Assembly: GCA_963711565.1 (NCBI GenBank)
Contig: CAVQEQ010000003.1
Span: 1,440,001-1,504,000, forward strand
DNA from: an uncultured delta proteobacterium
Lineage (GTDB): Bacteria > Desulfobacterota > Binatia > Binatales > Binataceae
Direction: 5' to 3'
Length of the DNA stretch: 64,000 bases
The translations under genes were made by a program, and so were the position numbers. Below are positions 1 to 8,542 of the stretch, piece by piece. Positions within the stretch are counted from its first letter, which is position 1. Every line of letters begins with the position of its first letter. Under the pieces are notes generated by a model. That model worked only from the letters and a program-made list of their open reading frames with translations, was not told where the DNA came from and ran no database searches.

Positions 1-783
1 GTCCGCGGCAGTGTTGTCTGGCACTCCATTCATCAGCGCGGCGTCGTAGTAGAGGCGGCGGTCAAGAAGTTCACCGTGCAGGTCGGCGCCAGTGTCGCGG
101 TTCGGGATCAGATTCTGGATCTCCGAGCGCTCGCTGAATTCGAGATCGCGATCCGACTGCAAGCGCTCGAGATCGAGCGGCGCCTTGAACTTCCCGGCCC
201 TCAGGCTCGCATAGTCCCAATAGGTCATATTGATGTAGGCGTCCTGCAACGTGACCTTGCCCTGGCCGAAGTCGGGCGTGATGTTGAAGTTGTAGTACTT
301 CGCGACCGAGCCCGTGATGATCGGGCGCACTCGGTTGAGGTAGAACGTGCTGCTGATGTCCTTGTCGCTGCCGCTGGTGAAGAAGCGGCCGTCGGCCTGG
401 ATGATTCCGCCGAAATTAATATTGTAGTCGTGGTTCGGTGAAGAGAGAGAGAAGCCCTCTTCGCCCACCTTGACGACCGGCATCGTGACCGACCGCGCCT
501 GCTCCGTCTGGGTCTCGACGTTGATCTTTTGGGCCTGCACGTTGAGTTGCTGGCCCTGGACGTCGACCTTTTGATCGATCACTTTCACTCTCTGATTCAG
601 CCCTTCCAGCGTGTCGACCCTCGACTCGAGTTGCCTGATTTCAACCTTAAGCAATTCGATCTCCTGATCCTTCCGATCGGCGGAAGGCTTCGACTGCGCA
701 TGCGCCGGGCCGGCGGCAAAAGATACCGCGGTAATTACCGCCGCCAGCAACACCGGCAGCATCGGCAAAGTGCATTTTCTCAT
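1..783 (-). CDS. OprO/OprP-family anion-selective outer-membrane porin (3' end runs off the window)
   Basis: Not in the ORF track because it is truncated. Manual translation from ATG 783 gives MRKCTLPMLPVLLAAVITAVSFAAGPAHAQ (signal peptide), a coiled-coil segment, then GGIIQADGRFF...FYLNRVRPIITG...FNITPDFGQG...QDAY...RAGKFKAPLDLERLQS...ERSEIQNLIPNRDTG, typical Porin_O_P motifs. The frame is open to position 1. Confidence 0.85.
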   Translation of the reverse strand, partial: MRKCTLPMLPVLLAAVITAVSFAAGPAHAQSKPSADRKDQEIELLKVEIRQLESRVDTLEGLNQRVKVIDQKVDVQGQQLNVQAQKINVETQTEQARSVTMPVVKVGEEGFSLSSPNHDYNINFGGIIQADGRFFTSGSDKDISSTFYLNRVRPIITGSVAKYYNFNITPDFGQGKVTLQDAYINMTYWDYASLRAGKFKAPLDLERLQSDRDLEFSERSEIQNLIPNRDTGADLHGELLDRRLYYDAALMNGVPDNTAAD

Positions 784-897
784 CTCGGAAGCCCCTCATC
801 GTATTGGGAACTTCCGGATGTCCGGTCAGCTCGCGATTGTCGATTGACAGCTCTGTCATGGCGCACCCGGATCCTTACCTGGTCCGGGCTCCTCCCT
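784..897 (-). promoter_or_regulatory. Structured 5' leader, copy 1 (candidate translational attenuator)
   Basis: Close repeat of 1793-1906. It has hairpin CCGGACC-AGGUAA-GGAUCCGG, a uORF ATG at 859, core CUGACCGGACAUCCGGAAG, and stem GGAAGUUCC...GGGGCUUCC (787-815) covering the porin SD. Confidence 0.6.
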
Positions 898-931
898 GGA
901 TTTTTATATTTTCAATGTCGTGCGCGACTCG

Positions 932-1792
932 TCATTTGATGCAGCCGCCCGGCTGGTTGTTGGTTGCCCCCGTGAAGTTGCCAAACCATTTGTTGCTGCC
1001 GCAACTCGAATTCGCGTCGTACAGGTCGTCCTTCGAATTGCTGCCCGCCGCTGTCTCTGTTTGGTTGGTTATGATCGAGGTCTTGGCGCCGATATCGAGC
1101 GCGACACCGTAGTTGGTATTGCCCTGGATGTTTCCCGTGAAAATGTAGTTGCCTGGTGACGGGCCGACACCCGTGCATCCGGCGCCGATCGGTCCGATAG
1201 CGGAGCATCCTACGTACAGGCCAATGTTGAGGTTGCTCTCGGTCTTGGAATTGGTGACGTCACTGGAAGAGGTTTGCTTGAGCCATATCCCGTAGTTGTT
1301 ATTAGTCTCTGCCGTCGTGTTGGTCAGCTCAACGTCCGAGGCCTTGTTCAGCTCAACGCCTGCGGTCCCGTTACTATTCGCTGAGGCGTCGTCGGCGACG
1401 ATTTGCCTGCCCTGGATCAGCAAGCCAACGTCCCACCCGCTTATCACCGAGCCGCGGAAGCCGAGAAAGTCCAAGCGGTAGGGATGATGAACCCAGACCC
1501 CGATCCCGGTCGGGGTCGTGCCGCCGGGGCCGGTGATGTTTTTCTTCGCGCCGTCAAGGATCACGAAGCTCGAGGCGATCTCGATACACGCGCCGGCTGG
1601 AGTAAGTCCCTGCGTCGAATTGATTGCCAGCCCAAGTTTGTACGAGCCCGGCGACACAATCGTGCATCCGCATGCATTGATCGTCGGAGTGCAAGCGGTC
1701 TGGGCCGAGGCCGCCGCCGGCATCATAAAGCCTGCGACAATCAGCAGTGTCGGCATGACCCACTGAAAAAGGAGCGTAACGCGGTTTCTCAT
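932..1792 (-). CDS. Secreted right-handed parallel beta-helix (pectin-lyase-like/NosD-like) protein
   Basis: Signal peptide ending AASAQ, Asn-ladder repeats (NSNGTAGV, TNNNYGIWL, SNLNIGLYV, GNTNYGVAL) and 8 Cys. Confidence 0.75.
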   Translation of the reverse strand: MRNRVTLLFQWVMPTLLIVAGFMMPAAASAQTACTPTINACGCTIVSPGSYKLGLAINSTQGLTPAGACIEIASSFVILDGAKKNITGPGGTTPTGIGVWVHHPYRLDFLGFRGSVISGWDVGLLIQGRQIVADDASANSNGTAGVELNKASDVELTNTTAETNNNYGIWLKQTSSSDVTNSKTESNLNIGLYVGCSAIGPIGAGCTGVGPSPGNYIFTGNIQGNTNYGVALDIGAKTSIITNQTETAAGSNSKDDLYDANSSCGSNKWFGNFTGATNNQPGGCIK

Positions 1793-1906
1793 CTCAAAAG
1801 TCCCTCGTCGTCTTGGAAACTTCCGGATGACCGGTCAGCTCGCGGTTGGTGTTGACGGCTCTATTCATGGCGCGCCGGATCCTTCCCTGGTCCGGTGTTC
1901 CTCCCC
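1793..1906 (-). promoter_or_regulatory. Structured 5' leader, copy 2 (candidate translational attenuator)
   Basis: Same architecture as 784-897: CCGGACC-AGGGAA-GGAUCCGG hairpin, core CUGACCGGUCAUCCGGAAG, and stem GGAAGUUUC...GGGACUUUU over the SD. Confidence 0.6.
1794..1868 (-). CDS. Putative 24-aa leader peptide MNRAVNTNRELTGHPEVSKTTRDF
   Basis: Manual translation; the TGA ends 1 nt before the next ATG (TGA-G-ATG). The equivalent frame in copy 1 reads MTELSIDNRELTGHPEVPNTMRGF. Confidence 0.35.
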   Translation of the reverse strand: MNRAVNTNRELTGHPEVSKTTRDF

Positions 1907-1951
1907 ACAAATCTTCGATGGCCGTGAGTAATTCATTTCGAATCGATTGAA

Positions 1952-2149
1952 TTACCCGCGACTTGTCTTGTCGAAGCGAAATTTTTCTTTGCGCTCGATC
2001 TGCACGACTCGCGAGTCCTGGATCACGACCTCGACCGAGCCGAAGCGCACGCCGCTGATTGCATTCGCGATGCGCCGCAGGATGTCGTCGCCCGTCTCGG
2101 GCTCGGATTGAGCATCGCGACGGGTTATCAGGGGCGAGTCTGCTTTCAT
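1952..2149 (-). CDS. yezD: YezD/OscA (DUF2292) family small protein
   Basis: Signature IRFGSVEVVIQDSRVVQIERKEKFR-like motif (here VRFGSVEVVIQDSRVVQIERKEKFRF). The context (Rrf2, porin) matches sulfur-starvation loci. Confidence 0.9.
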   Translation of the reverse strand: MKADSPLITRRDAQSEPETGDDILRRIANAISGVRFGSVEVVIQDSRVVQIERKEKFRFDKTSRG

Positions 2150-2152
2150 AAT

Positions 2153-2177
2153 CTATCCTATTAGGTGACTAGACTAA
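2153..2177. promoter_or_regulatory. Rrf2-type operator-like box upstream of yezD
   Basis: CTATCCTATTAGGTGACTAGACTAA shares GGTGnCTAGACTAA and the 25-bp length with the box at 2674-2698. Confidence 0.55.
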
Positions 2178-2202
2178 TCTTCCAAAAAAAGTTACCCTCG
2201 AT

Positions 2203-2661
2203 TCAGATCGCGAAACTCAACGATTCATTGCCGGTAACCACCGCCTCGACGCGCTTGAGCATGTCCTCGAGCGAGGTCGAGTCCATAATCTTCGCGGTCG
2301 CGTCGCGAACTTCCTTCATCACTAATCTGATCCCGCAACTCCGCTCATCGCGGCACTCGCGGCATCGCATGTATGCCGTCTTGCTGACGCATGGCAAAGG
2401 TGCGATTGGTCCGTCCAGCACGCGTACAATGTGCCCCACGCTGATCTGACGAGGCTCGCGTCCGAGAAAGTATCCCCCGCCCTTGCCCTTCTTGCTCTGC
2501 AGGAGTCCCTGGTTCTTGAGCTCGAGCAGGATCAGTTCGAGAAACTTGCGCGGGATACCCTCGCGCTGCGCCAAATCAGAGATGAGCACGGGTCCCTGTC
2601 CGTATTCCTTGGCCAAAACCATCATCGCCTTGAGTGCGTATTTCGACTTCTTCGAGAGCAT
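2203..2661 (-). CDS. Rrf2-family transcriptional regulator (CymR/IscR-like) with Cys cluster
   Basis: KSKYALKAM, IPRKFLELIL, SKKGKGGGYFL and the C-terminal LPCVS...CRECRDERSC. Confidence 0.95.
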   Translation of the reverse strand: MLSKKSKYALKAMMVLAKEYGQGPVLISDLAQREGIPRKFLELILLELKNQGLLQSKKGKGGGYFLGREPRQISVGHIVRVLDGPIAPLPCVSKTAYMRCRECRDERSCGIRLVMKEVRDATAKIMDSTSLEDMLKRVEAVVTGNESLSFAI

Positions 2662-2673
2662 TTGATCAACGGG

Positions 2674-2698
2674 TTAGTCGATAGGGTGGCTAGACTAA
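2674..2698. promoter_or_regulatory. Rrf2-type 25-bp imperfect palindrome (autoregulatory operator)
   Basis: TTAGTCGATAGGGTGGCTAGACTAA has TTAGTC/GACTAA arms, lies 12 bp upstream of the rrf2 start, and resembles IscR-type boxes. Confidence 0.65.
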
Positions 2699-2773
2699 AG
2701 ATCGCGAGGAATTCAGTCAAGAGCCAGCGACGATAAATATTTGCGTGCCGTTAGAGGGGAAATTCCTTGCGTT

Positions 2774-3616
2774 TCAGCGCGCCTTGGCCTTCAGATCGGC
2801 GTACTTGTCGAGCAACGGCAGTACCGTCTCGCGCGGCGCGGGCGGCAGCGCGAATATTAGCCGGTCGAGGCCGAGGTCGAGGAACTTCTTGATGTGTTCT
2901 TCGTTCGGACCGACACCAAACATCGAGACCGGAAGTTTGCCGCGGCCCGCTTTCTTGCCCGCGTCGGCAAGCGCCTTCAGGCCTGCGGCGAGATCGTATC
3001 GCGGAAAATTAATCGGCATCCATCCGTCGCAGTACTCGGCGGCGCGATCGAACGTCTTGGGCGATTGCGAGCCGAGCAGAATCGGCGGACCACCCGCCTG
3101 CACCGGCTTGGGGAACGACCAGATCGGATCGAAGTTCACGAACTCGCCGTGAAACTCGGCCGCCTCCTTTGTCCAGATTTGCCGAATCGCGAGAATTTTT
3201 TCCCTGACGATTTTCCAGCGCCGCTTGAACTGCGCGCCATGATTCGCCATCTCCTCGACGTTCCAGCCCGCGCCGATTCCGAAAATCACGCGGCCGCCCG
3301 AAATCATGTCGAGCGATGCGACTTCCTTCGCGAGCGTGATCGGGTCGCGCTCGATCACCAGGCATACTCCCGTGCCGAGCTTCAGTTTCTTCGTGACCGC
3401 CGCGGCCGCGCCGAGCGCGACGAACGGATCGTGCGTGTGCCAGTACTCCTTCGGCAAGTCCGCGCCGCCGGGCCACGGCGTTTTGCGCGACGCGGGTATG
3501 TGAGTGTGCTCGGGAAAGAAGATCGACTCGAAGCCGCGTTCTTCAGCCGCGAGCGCAAGTTCGATCGGCTGGATTGCGTAATCGGTCGGGAACATCGAGA
3601 TTCCGAATTCGGCCAT
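2774..3616 (-). CDS. LLM-class F420-dependent oxidoreductase (Rv2161c-like)
   Basis: AEERGFES.FFPEHTHIP, DPFVALGAAAAVT, RDPITLAKEVASLD, GIGAGWNVEEM. Confidence 0.92.
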   Translation of the reverse strand: MAEFGISMFPTDYAIQPIELALAAEERGFESIFFPEHTHIPASRKTPWPGGADLPKEYWHTHDPFVALGAAAAVTKKLKLGTGVCLVIERDPITLAKEVASLDMISGGRVIFGIGAGWNVEEMANHGAQFKRRWKIVREKILAIRQIWTKEAAEFHGEFVNFDPIWSFPKPVQAGGPPILLGSQSPKTFDRAAEYCDGWMPINFPRYDLAAGLKALADAGKKAGRGKLPVSMFGVGPNEEHIKKFLDLGLDRLIFALPPAPRETVLPLLDKYADLKAKAR

Positions 3617-3688
3617 GGCGATTCCTCCTGGCTAAGCGCGCTGTGCGGGTTTCATATCACAACTGATCGGCGAAGCGTTTGCGCGAGT

Positions 3689-5674
3689 CTACAGCGGCGA
3701 CGCGCCAACGATGCGGACCTTCGCAGTCGAACCGGGCATTCGATCGCCGTTCATCGGCTCGTACCGGCCGCCGAGGTTGTCGGCGAGGAATTTCTCGAGG
3801 CGCGCGGTAAAGTCGAGCCGATTCTCGGGCCGCACGAAACCGTGACCTTCGTCAGTATATAAAACGTAAACCGCGTTCCCGTGATGCTTCGCGATCGCCT
3901 CGACAATCTGTTCCGCTTCGGCCTGCTTCACGCGCGGATCGTTCGCGCCCTGGCCGATCAGCATCGGGATTTTAATTTTATCGGCGGAGAACAGCGGCGA
4001 CGCCGCAGTCAGCAGCTCCTTGTCTTTGGGATCGGCGGGATTTCCAACCCTGGTATCGAAGATCGAGCGCATAACTCCCCAGTACGGCGGAATCGACGCC
4101 AGCAGCGTGAACAGATTGGACGGGCCGCATTCGTCGATCGCGCATCGATACAAGTCGGGCGTGAATGCCGCGCCGGCGAGCGCCGCGTAACCGCCGTACG
4201 AACTGCCGAAAATCGCGACGCGCTTCCGGTCGGCTATTCCCGCGTTGACGGCCCACTTGACGCCGTCGGTCAAGTCGCTCTGCATCGTGAGGCCCCATTC
4301 GCGATCGCCCGCGTGCAGATACTTCTTTCCAAACCCGGTCGAGCCGCGAAAGTTTATCTGCAGCACGGCATAGCCGCGGTTCGCGAGCAGTTGGATGTAG
4401 GGATTGAGGCCCCAACTGTCGCGCGCCCACGGCCCGCCATGGACCGCGAGCACCAGCGGCAAATTTTTCACGGGCACGCCGACCGGAAGCGTGAGGTAGC
4501 CGTTGATTTTCATTCCGTCGCGCGCGGTGAAATCAACCGGCTTCATCGGAGCGAGGGGGGCGTCGTCGAGTTTGGGCTGCACGCTGAAAATGAAGGTCGC
4601 TTTCTTCGACGCGCGATCCCACGAGTAGTAGCGCTTCGGCGCGCGGTCACTCGAGAACGAGACCAGCCACGTCTCGTCGGCAAGGTCGCGATCCGCGACG
4701 TTGAAATCTCCGTCGGCAATTTTCGCAATCGCGTCGAAGTCAGCCTGGATTGACGGATCGACAACCGTCCAATGCGTCCGGCCGGGATCGAACGCGGCGG
4801 CCTGCACGACATGACGCGTCGGCTGAATCATCGCGTCGCTCAAATCCGCGTCGTCGCTGCGCGCGATGTCGGTCTCCTTTCCCGACGCGACGTCATGACG
4901 CACCAGGCGCGCGGTGTCGGTGCCGATCGAAGTGCTGAGAAAGAGCGATTTGCCGTCCTTGGTGAAATCCAGCGCGGCCAGGTTGTCGTTCATCCCGGTT
5001 TTCATCAACGTGCGCCACGCGCCCGCCGCGCTCTCGCGAATCCGAATTTCGGTGCCGCCGTCCGGCGTCACTACGATCGCCGCGCGCACGATCATGTCGT
5101 CGTCGGCCAGCCATCCCGCGACGTCGCCCGGATTTTTCGTATCGAGCTCGACGGCGCCGCTGCGCAGGTTGACCCGATAAACGTCCATCAATTTGCGATC
5201 GCGCAGGTTGAGCGCAACCAGTATTCGCTCGGGAAATTTGGGATTGGACGCGACGAACTCGGCGCGCACGCCCTGCCACGGGGTCAAATCGCGGGCGTTA
5301 TCCGAATCGAGATCGACGGCGAACAGGTGGAAGTTTTCGTCGCCGGCGGCGTCCTGCGCGTAAAGAATCGTCTTCAAATCGTACCCCCAGCCGTACGATT
5401 GGATTCCGCGACTTTTGTCGGCCGTGACGGCGCGCGCGTCGTGCCGACCAATCGTCTGCACCCACACCTGGAGGACGTCGTGTTCATCGGGGGCGAGCCA
5501 CGCCAATCGCTCGCCGTCGGGAGCGATGTGCGGATTCGCGCGCTCGGGATTTCCGAGCAGCGTGTCGCGCGGAATCAGCGGCGGCGGTTGAGAAAGGATT
5601 GGGGACGCTTGAATTGTCGAAGTCATAATGAGAACCGCCGCTATCAGCGAATACTTCCGCGCGAGTCCGGACAT
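3689..5674 (-). CDS. S9-family prolyl oligopeptidase/aminoacyl peptidase, secreted
   Basis: VHGGPW, NFRGSTGFGK, nucleophile GSSYGG, QGANDPRV, DEGHGF and an N-terminal signal. Confidence 0.95.
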   Translation of the reverse strand: MSGLARKYSLIAAVLIMTSTIQASPILSQPPPLIPRDTLLGNPERANPHIAPDGERLAWLAPDEHDVLQVWVQTIGRHDARAVTADKSRGIQSYGWGYDLKTILYAQDAAGDENFHLFAVDLDSDNARDLTPWQGVRAEFVASNPKFPERILVALNLRDRKLMDVYRVNLRSGAVELDTKNPGDVAGWLADDDMIVRAAIVVTPDGGTEIRIRESAAGAWRTLMKTGMNDNLAALDFTKDGKSLFLSTSIGTDTARLVRHDVASGKETDIARSDDADLSDAMIQPTRHVVQAAAFDPGRTHWTVVDPSIQADFDAIAKIADGDFNVADRDLADETWLVSFSSDRAPKRYYSWDRASKKATFIFSVQPKLDDAPLAPMKPVDFTARDGMKINGYLTLPVGVPVKNLPLVLAVHGGPWARDSWGLNPYIQLLANRGYAVLQINFRGSTGFGKKYLHAGDREWGLTMQSDLTDGVKWAVNAGIADRKRVAIFGSSYGGYAALAGAAFTPDLYRCAIDECGPSNLFTLLASIPPYWGVMRSIFDTRVGNPADPKDKELLTAASPLFSADKIKIPMLIGQGANDPRVKQAEAEQIVEAIAKHHGNAVYVLYTDEGHGFVRPENRLDFTARLEKFLADNLGGRYEPMNGDRMPGSTAKVRIVGASPL

Positions 5675-5796
5675 CGATCACAACAATGACAGAAACAATC
5701 GCGAAGTGAACATGCAAGAAAGGATACGCGACGTGATCTCATTGCTCCTCTCCGCCTGCTGACTGCGCGCCGCGGCCTCCGCTATATTCCACCGCG

Positions 5797-6669
5797 ATGG
5801 CGAAGCGACCAAAGCAGTTCGGCAGTCTGAAGGGCGACGACCGGATTCACGGCGCACCCGTCGGAATTTTCGAGGACCTCTACCACTTTCTGGTGACGAC
5901 CTCGTGGCCGGCGCTGATCGGAATAATCGCCGCCGCCTTCACCCTCGCGAACCTGCTGTTCGCCACCGGCTACTACTTCGATCAGGGAATCGAGAACGCG
6001 CACTCCGGCTCGTTCTCCGACATGTTTTTTTTCAGCGTGCAGACGATGGCGACGATCGGGTACGGCAAGATGGAGCCGTTCACGCTGTTCTCGAACATCC
6101 TGGTCTCGATCGAGGCGCTGACCGGACTGCTCGCGCTCGCGCTGATGACGGGCCTGGTCTTCTCGAAGTTCTCGCGGCCAACTGCGCGTGTCAGATTCAG
6201 CCGCTACGTCGTGATTGGCCCGCGCGACGCCGTGAACAGCCTGGCGATCAGGATGGCCAACCAGCGCGCGAACCGAATCGTCGAGGCGGAAATACACGTG
6301 GTGTTCGCACGCCAGGAAGTCACCGCCGAGGGTGACTCGATTCGGCGACTGTACGATCTGCCCGTGACGCGCAGCCGCAGCGCGATGTTCGCGTTGTCGT
6401 GGACCGCGGTCCATCGGATCCTTGAAGGCACTCCGCTGTTCGGCCAGACGCGCGAATCGCTCGCCAATTGCGCGGCCGAGATCATCGTGTCTATCATCGG
6501 ACTCGACGAGACGTTCTCTCAGACTATCCACGCCCGACATACCTACGAACTTGACGAAATCGTCTGGGGCGCGCGCTTTGCGGACGTGCTGGTGCTCCAC
6601 CCCGACGGCAGCCGAAGCGTCGATTACACGCGCTTCGACGACGTTGAGATGCTTACACCCGCCAAATGA
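5797..6669 (+). CDS. KirBac-type inward-rectifier potassium channel
   Basis: Selectivity filter FFSVQTMATIGYG, two TM helices, KFSRP and a cytoplasmic Kir domain. Confidence 0.95.
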   Translation: MAKRPKQFGSLKGDDRIHGAPVGIFEDLYHFLVTTSWPALIGIIAAAFTLANLLFATGYYFDQGIENAHSGSFSDMFFFSVQTMATIGYGKMEPFTLFSNILVSIEALTGLLALALMTGLVFSKFSRPTARVRFSRYVVIGPRDAVNSLAIRMANQRANRIVEAEIHVVFARQEVTAEGDSIRRLYDLPVTRSRSAMFALSWTAVHRILEGTPLFGQTRESLANCAAEIIVSIIGLDETFSQTIHARHTYELDEIVWGARFADVLVLHPDGSRSVDYTRFDDVEMLTPAK

Positions 6670-6766
6670 CGGCTCCTGGTGGTTGTTCACTTAACTGCGT
6701 AAATCTGGGCATTATCAGCGCACGCCGTGCGGTCCGAAATTCCGCTAACGGGGACGGGGAGACAGA

Positions 6767-7906
6767 ATGACGTCAGGGACTGCAGGTACATCTCGAAGAT
6801 ATCTTGTCGCGATCGCGCGATGGTTCGACACTGCGGCCGGCGGCGCTCCGGCCGCTGACCTGCCGCAGCAGACCGACTGGTTCCGATGCATTCCCTACGT
6901 CGTCGTTCACCTGATGTGCCTTGGCGTGATCTGGGTCGGATGGAGCCCGGTCGCAGTCGGCGTCGCCATCGCGATGTATTTCATCCGGATGTTCGCGATT
7001 ACCGGATTCTACCATCGCTACTTTTCTCATCGATCATTCAAGACTTCGCGGGCGGCTCAATTCGTATTCGCGGTGATCGGCGCGACCGCGGTGCAGCGCG
7101 GCGCATTATGGTGGGCGTCGCATCATCGGCTGCATCACCAGCGCTCCGACGAGCCGGAAGACGTCCATTCACCGCGTCAGCACGGATTCATCTGGAGCCA
7201 CATAGGATGGATCACATCGGAAGCGAACTTCCGCTCTGAATTCGGCGTGGTCCGCGACCTAGCGAAATTTCCCGAGCTTATGTTTCTCGATCGTTTCGAC
7301 GTGCTCGTCCCGACCATCCTCGGTTTCGCGATGTACGGGCTGGGCGCGTTTCTCAAGCACCATGCTCCGGGCCTGCACACGAGCGGCGCGCAAATGCTCA
7401 TCTGGGGATTTTTCATTTCGACCGTGGTGCTCGCGCACGGCACCTTTACGATCAATTCGCTGGCGCACGTCTTCGGCCGCCGCCGCTATGAGACCAATGA
7501 CGACAGCCGCAACAGTTTCACGCTCGCGATGGTCACGCTCGGCGAAGGATGGCACAACAATCACCATCACTTCCCGGCCGCCGCGCGCAACGGCTTCTTC
7601 TGGTGGGAAATCGACATCACGTACTACATGCTCAAGCTGCTCGAAGCGTGCGGCATAATCTGGGACCTGCGCCAGGTCCCGCCCGAGATCCTAGAGGAGC
7701 ACCTGCTCGACAAGTCCCGCGTCGCAGTTGTCGCGAAGTCGCGCGTCGGGTCAGCAGTGCCGGTGCTGCCGGTCGCGGATGCATTGCGCGCGACCGGCGA
7801 CGATAGTGGCGGGCTCGGCCGTCCGCTTTCCGAACTGGTGCGTGATGTAACCATCGAACCGCGCGCGGCGGTCGAGATCCCCGAAGTGGCCCGAGCGTCT
7901 CGATAG
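6767..7906 (+). CDS. Acyl-CoA/acyl-lipid delta-9-type fatty-acid desaturase
   Basis: His boxes HRYFSH, HRLHH and HNNHH, plus GEGWHNN and WWEID. Confidence 0.93.
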   Translation: MTSGTAGTSRRYLVAIARWFDTAAGGAPAADLPQQTDWFRCIPYVVVHLMCLGVIWVGWSPVAVGVAIAMYFIRMFAITGFYHRYFSHRSFKTSRAAQFVFAVIGATAVQRGALWWASHHRLHHQRSDEPEDVHSPRQHGFIWSHIGWITSEANFRSEFGVVRDLAKFPELMFLDRFDVLVPTILGFAMYGLGAFLKHHAPGLHTSGAQMLIWGFFISTVVLAHGTFTINSLAHVFGRRRYETNDDSRNSFTLAMVTLGEGWHNNHHHFPAAARNGFFWWEIDITYYMLKLLEACGIIWDLRQVPPEILEEHLLDKSRVAVVAKSRVGSAVPVLPVADALRATGDDSGGLGRPLSELVRDVTIEPRAAVEIPEVARASR

Positions 7907-7981
7907 CCTTAGTCGGGATGACCGCGATCGACACAGCGCCGATTGCAGGCGGCGAAACGCATTACACTCTGTGAGCGATCG

Positions 7982-8539
7982 CTACTGAGCCCTGCATACG
8001 GTGGCAGAGACATTGTTCTCGGTGGTATCAATCGCGCGAAATTGAGCGTCGGCGACGCCGTCAGCGCTGGTAAAGGCAACTGCAAGTGGGCAATTGCCGC
8101 TGGTAGTGCTGCCGGGATTGATATAGCCCGTCGTATTGTCCGCGCTGATACAGTAATTTAGTGTGCCCTGCGAGGCGAAATCTTTATAACTGGGGCTCGA
8201 ATTCGGATCGTTGGTATTCTGCGCCTCGATTACGCTGACCGTGCCGACGCCCCCGCCGTTGCTAGTGAAGCTCACGATCACCAGGTCGACCTTGGGATAC
8301 CCGTTGCCGTCGAGGCCGACCCCGGTGCAGCTATACGAACCGCTGATGGTCACCGTCCCGGTGCTGGCGCAGGTAGGTGACGGCGAAGGGCAAGGGTTGC
8401 TGCTCTGCGCGCCGGCGGTGCCGGTCAGGATGGTCAAAACAAAAACAACCAGGCAAGCTTTTCTCACCGTGAGTTTCCCCAAACTTTGAGTTGCGGTCTG
8501 AAGATTCTGTCGCATCGTATTCGTTGCGGCTAGCCGCAC
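7982..8539 (-). CDS. Small secreted 6-Cys beta-rich protein (paralog of 9651-10107)
   Basis: Hydrophobic signal ending AGAQ, CPSPSPTC motif, and shared motifs AQN, Y.DF, YC, CPLA, T.EN, C. Confidence 0.7.
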   Translation of the reverse strand: MRLAATNTMRQNLQTATQSLGKLTVRKACLVVFVLTILTGTAGAQSSNPCPSPSPTCASTGTVTISGSYSCTGVGLDGNGYPKVDLVIVSFTSNGGGVGTVSVIEAQNTNDPNSSPSYKDFASQGTLNYCISADNTTGYINPGSTTSGNCPLAVAFTSADGVADAQFRAIDTTENNVSATVCRAQ

Positions 8540-8542
8540 CTC

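Noticed and set aside
784-897. Leader as a known SAM riboswitch or SRP RNA fragment
   Set aside because: It lacks the SAM-I/II or SRP consensus cores that I can recognise; Rfam was not run.
76-939. Plus-strand ORFs 76..441 and 529..939
   Set aside because: They overlap the minus-strand porin, which has clear family motifs.
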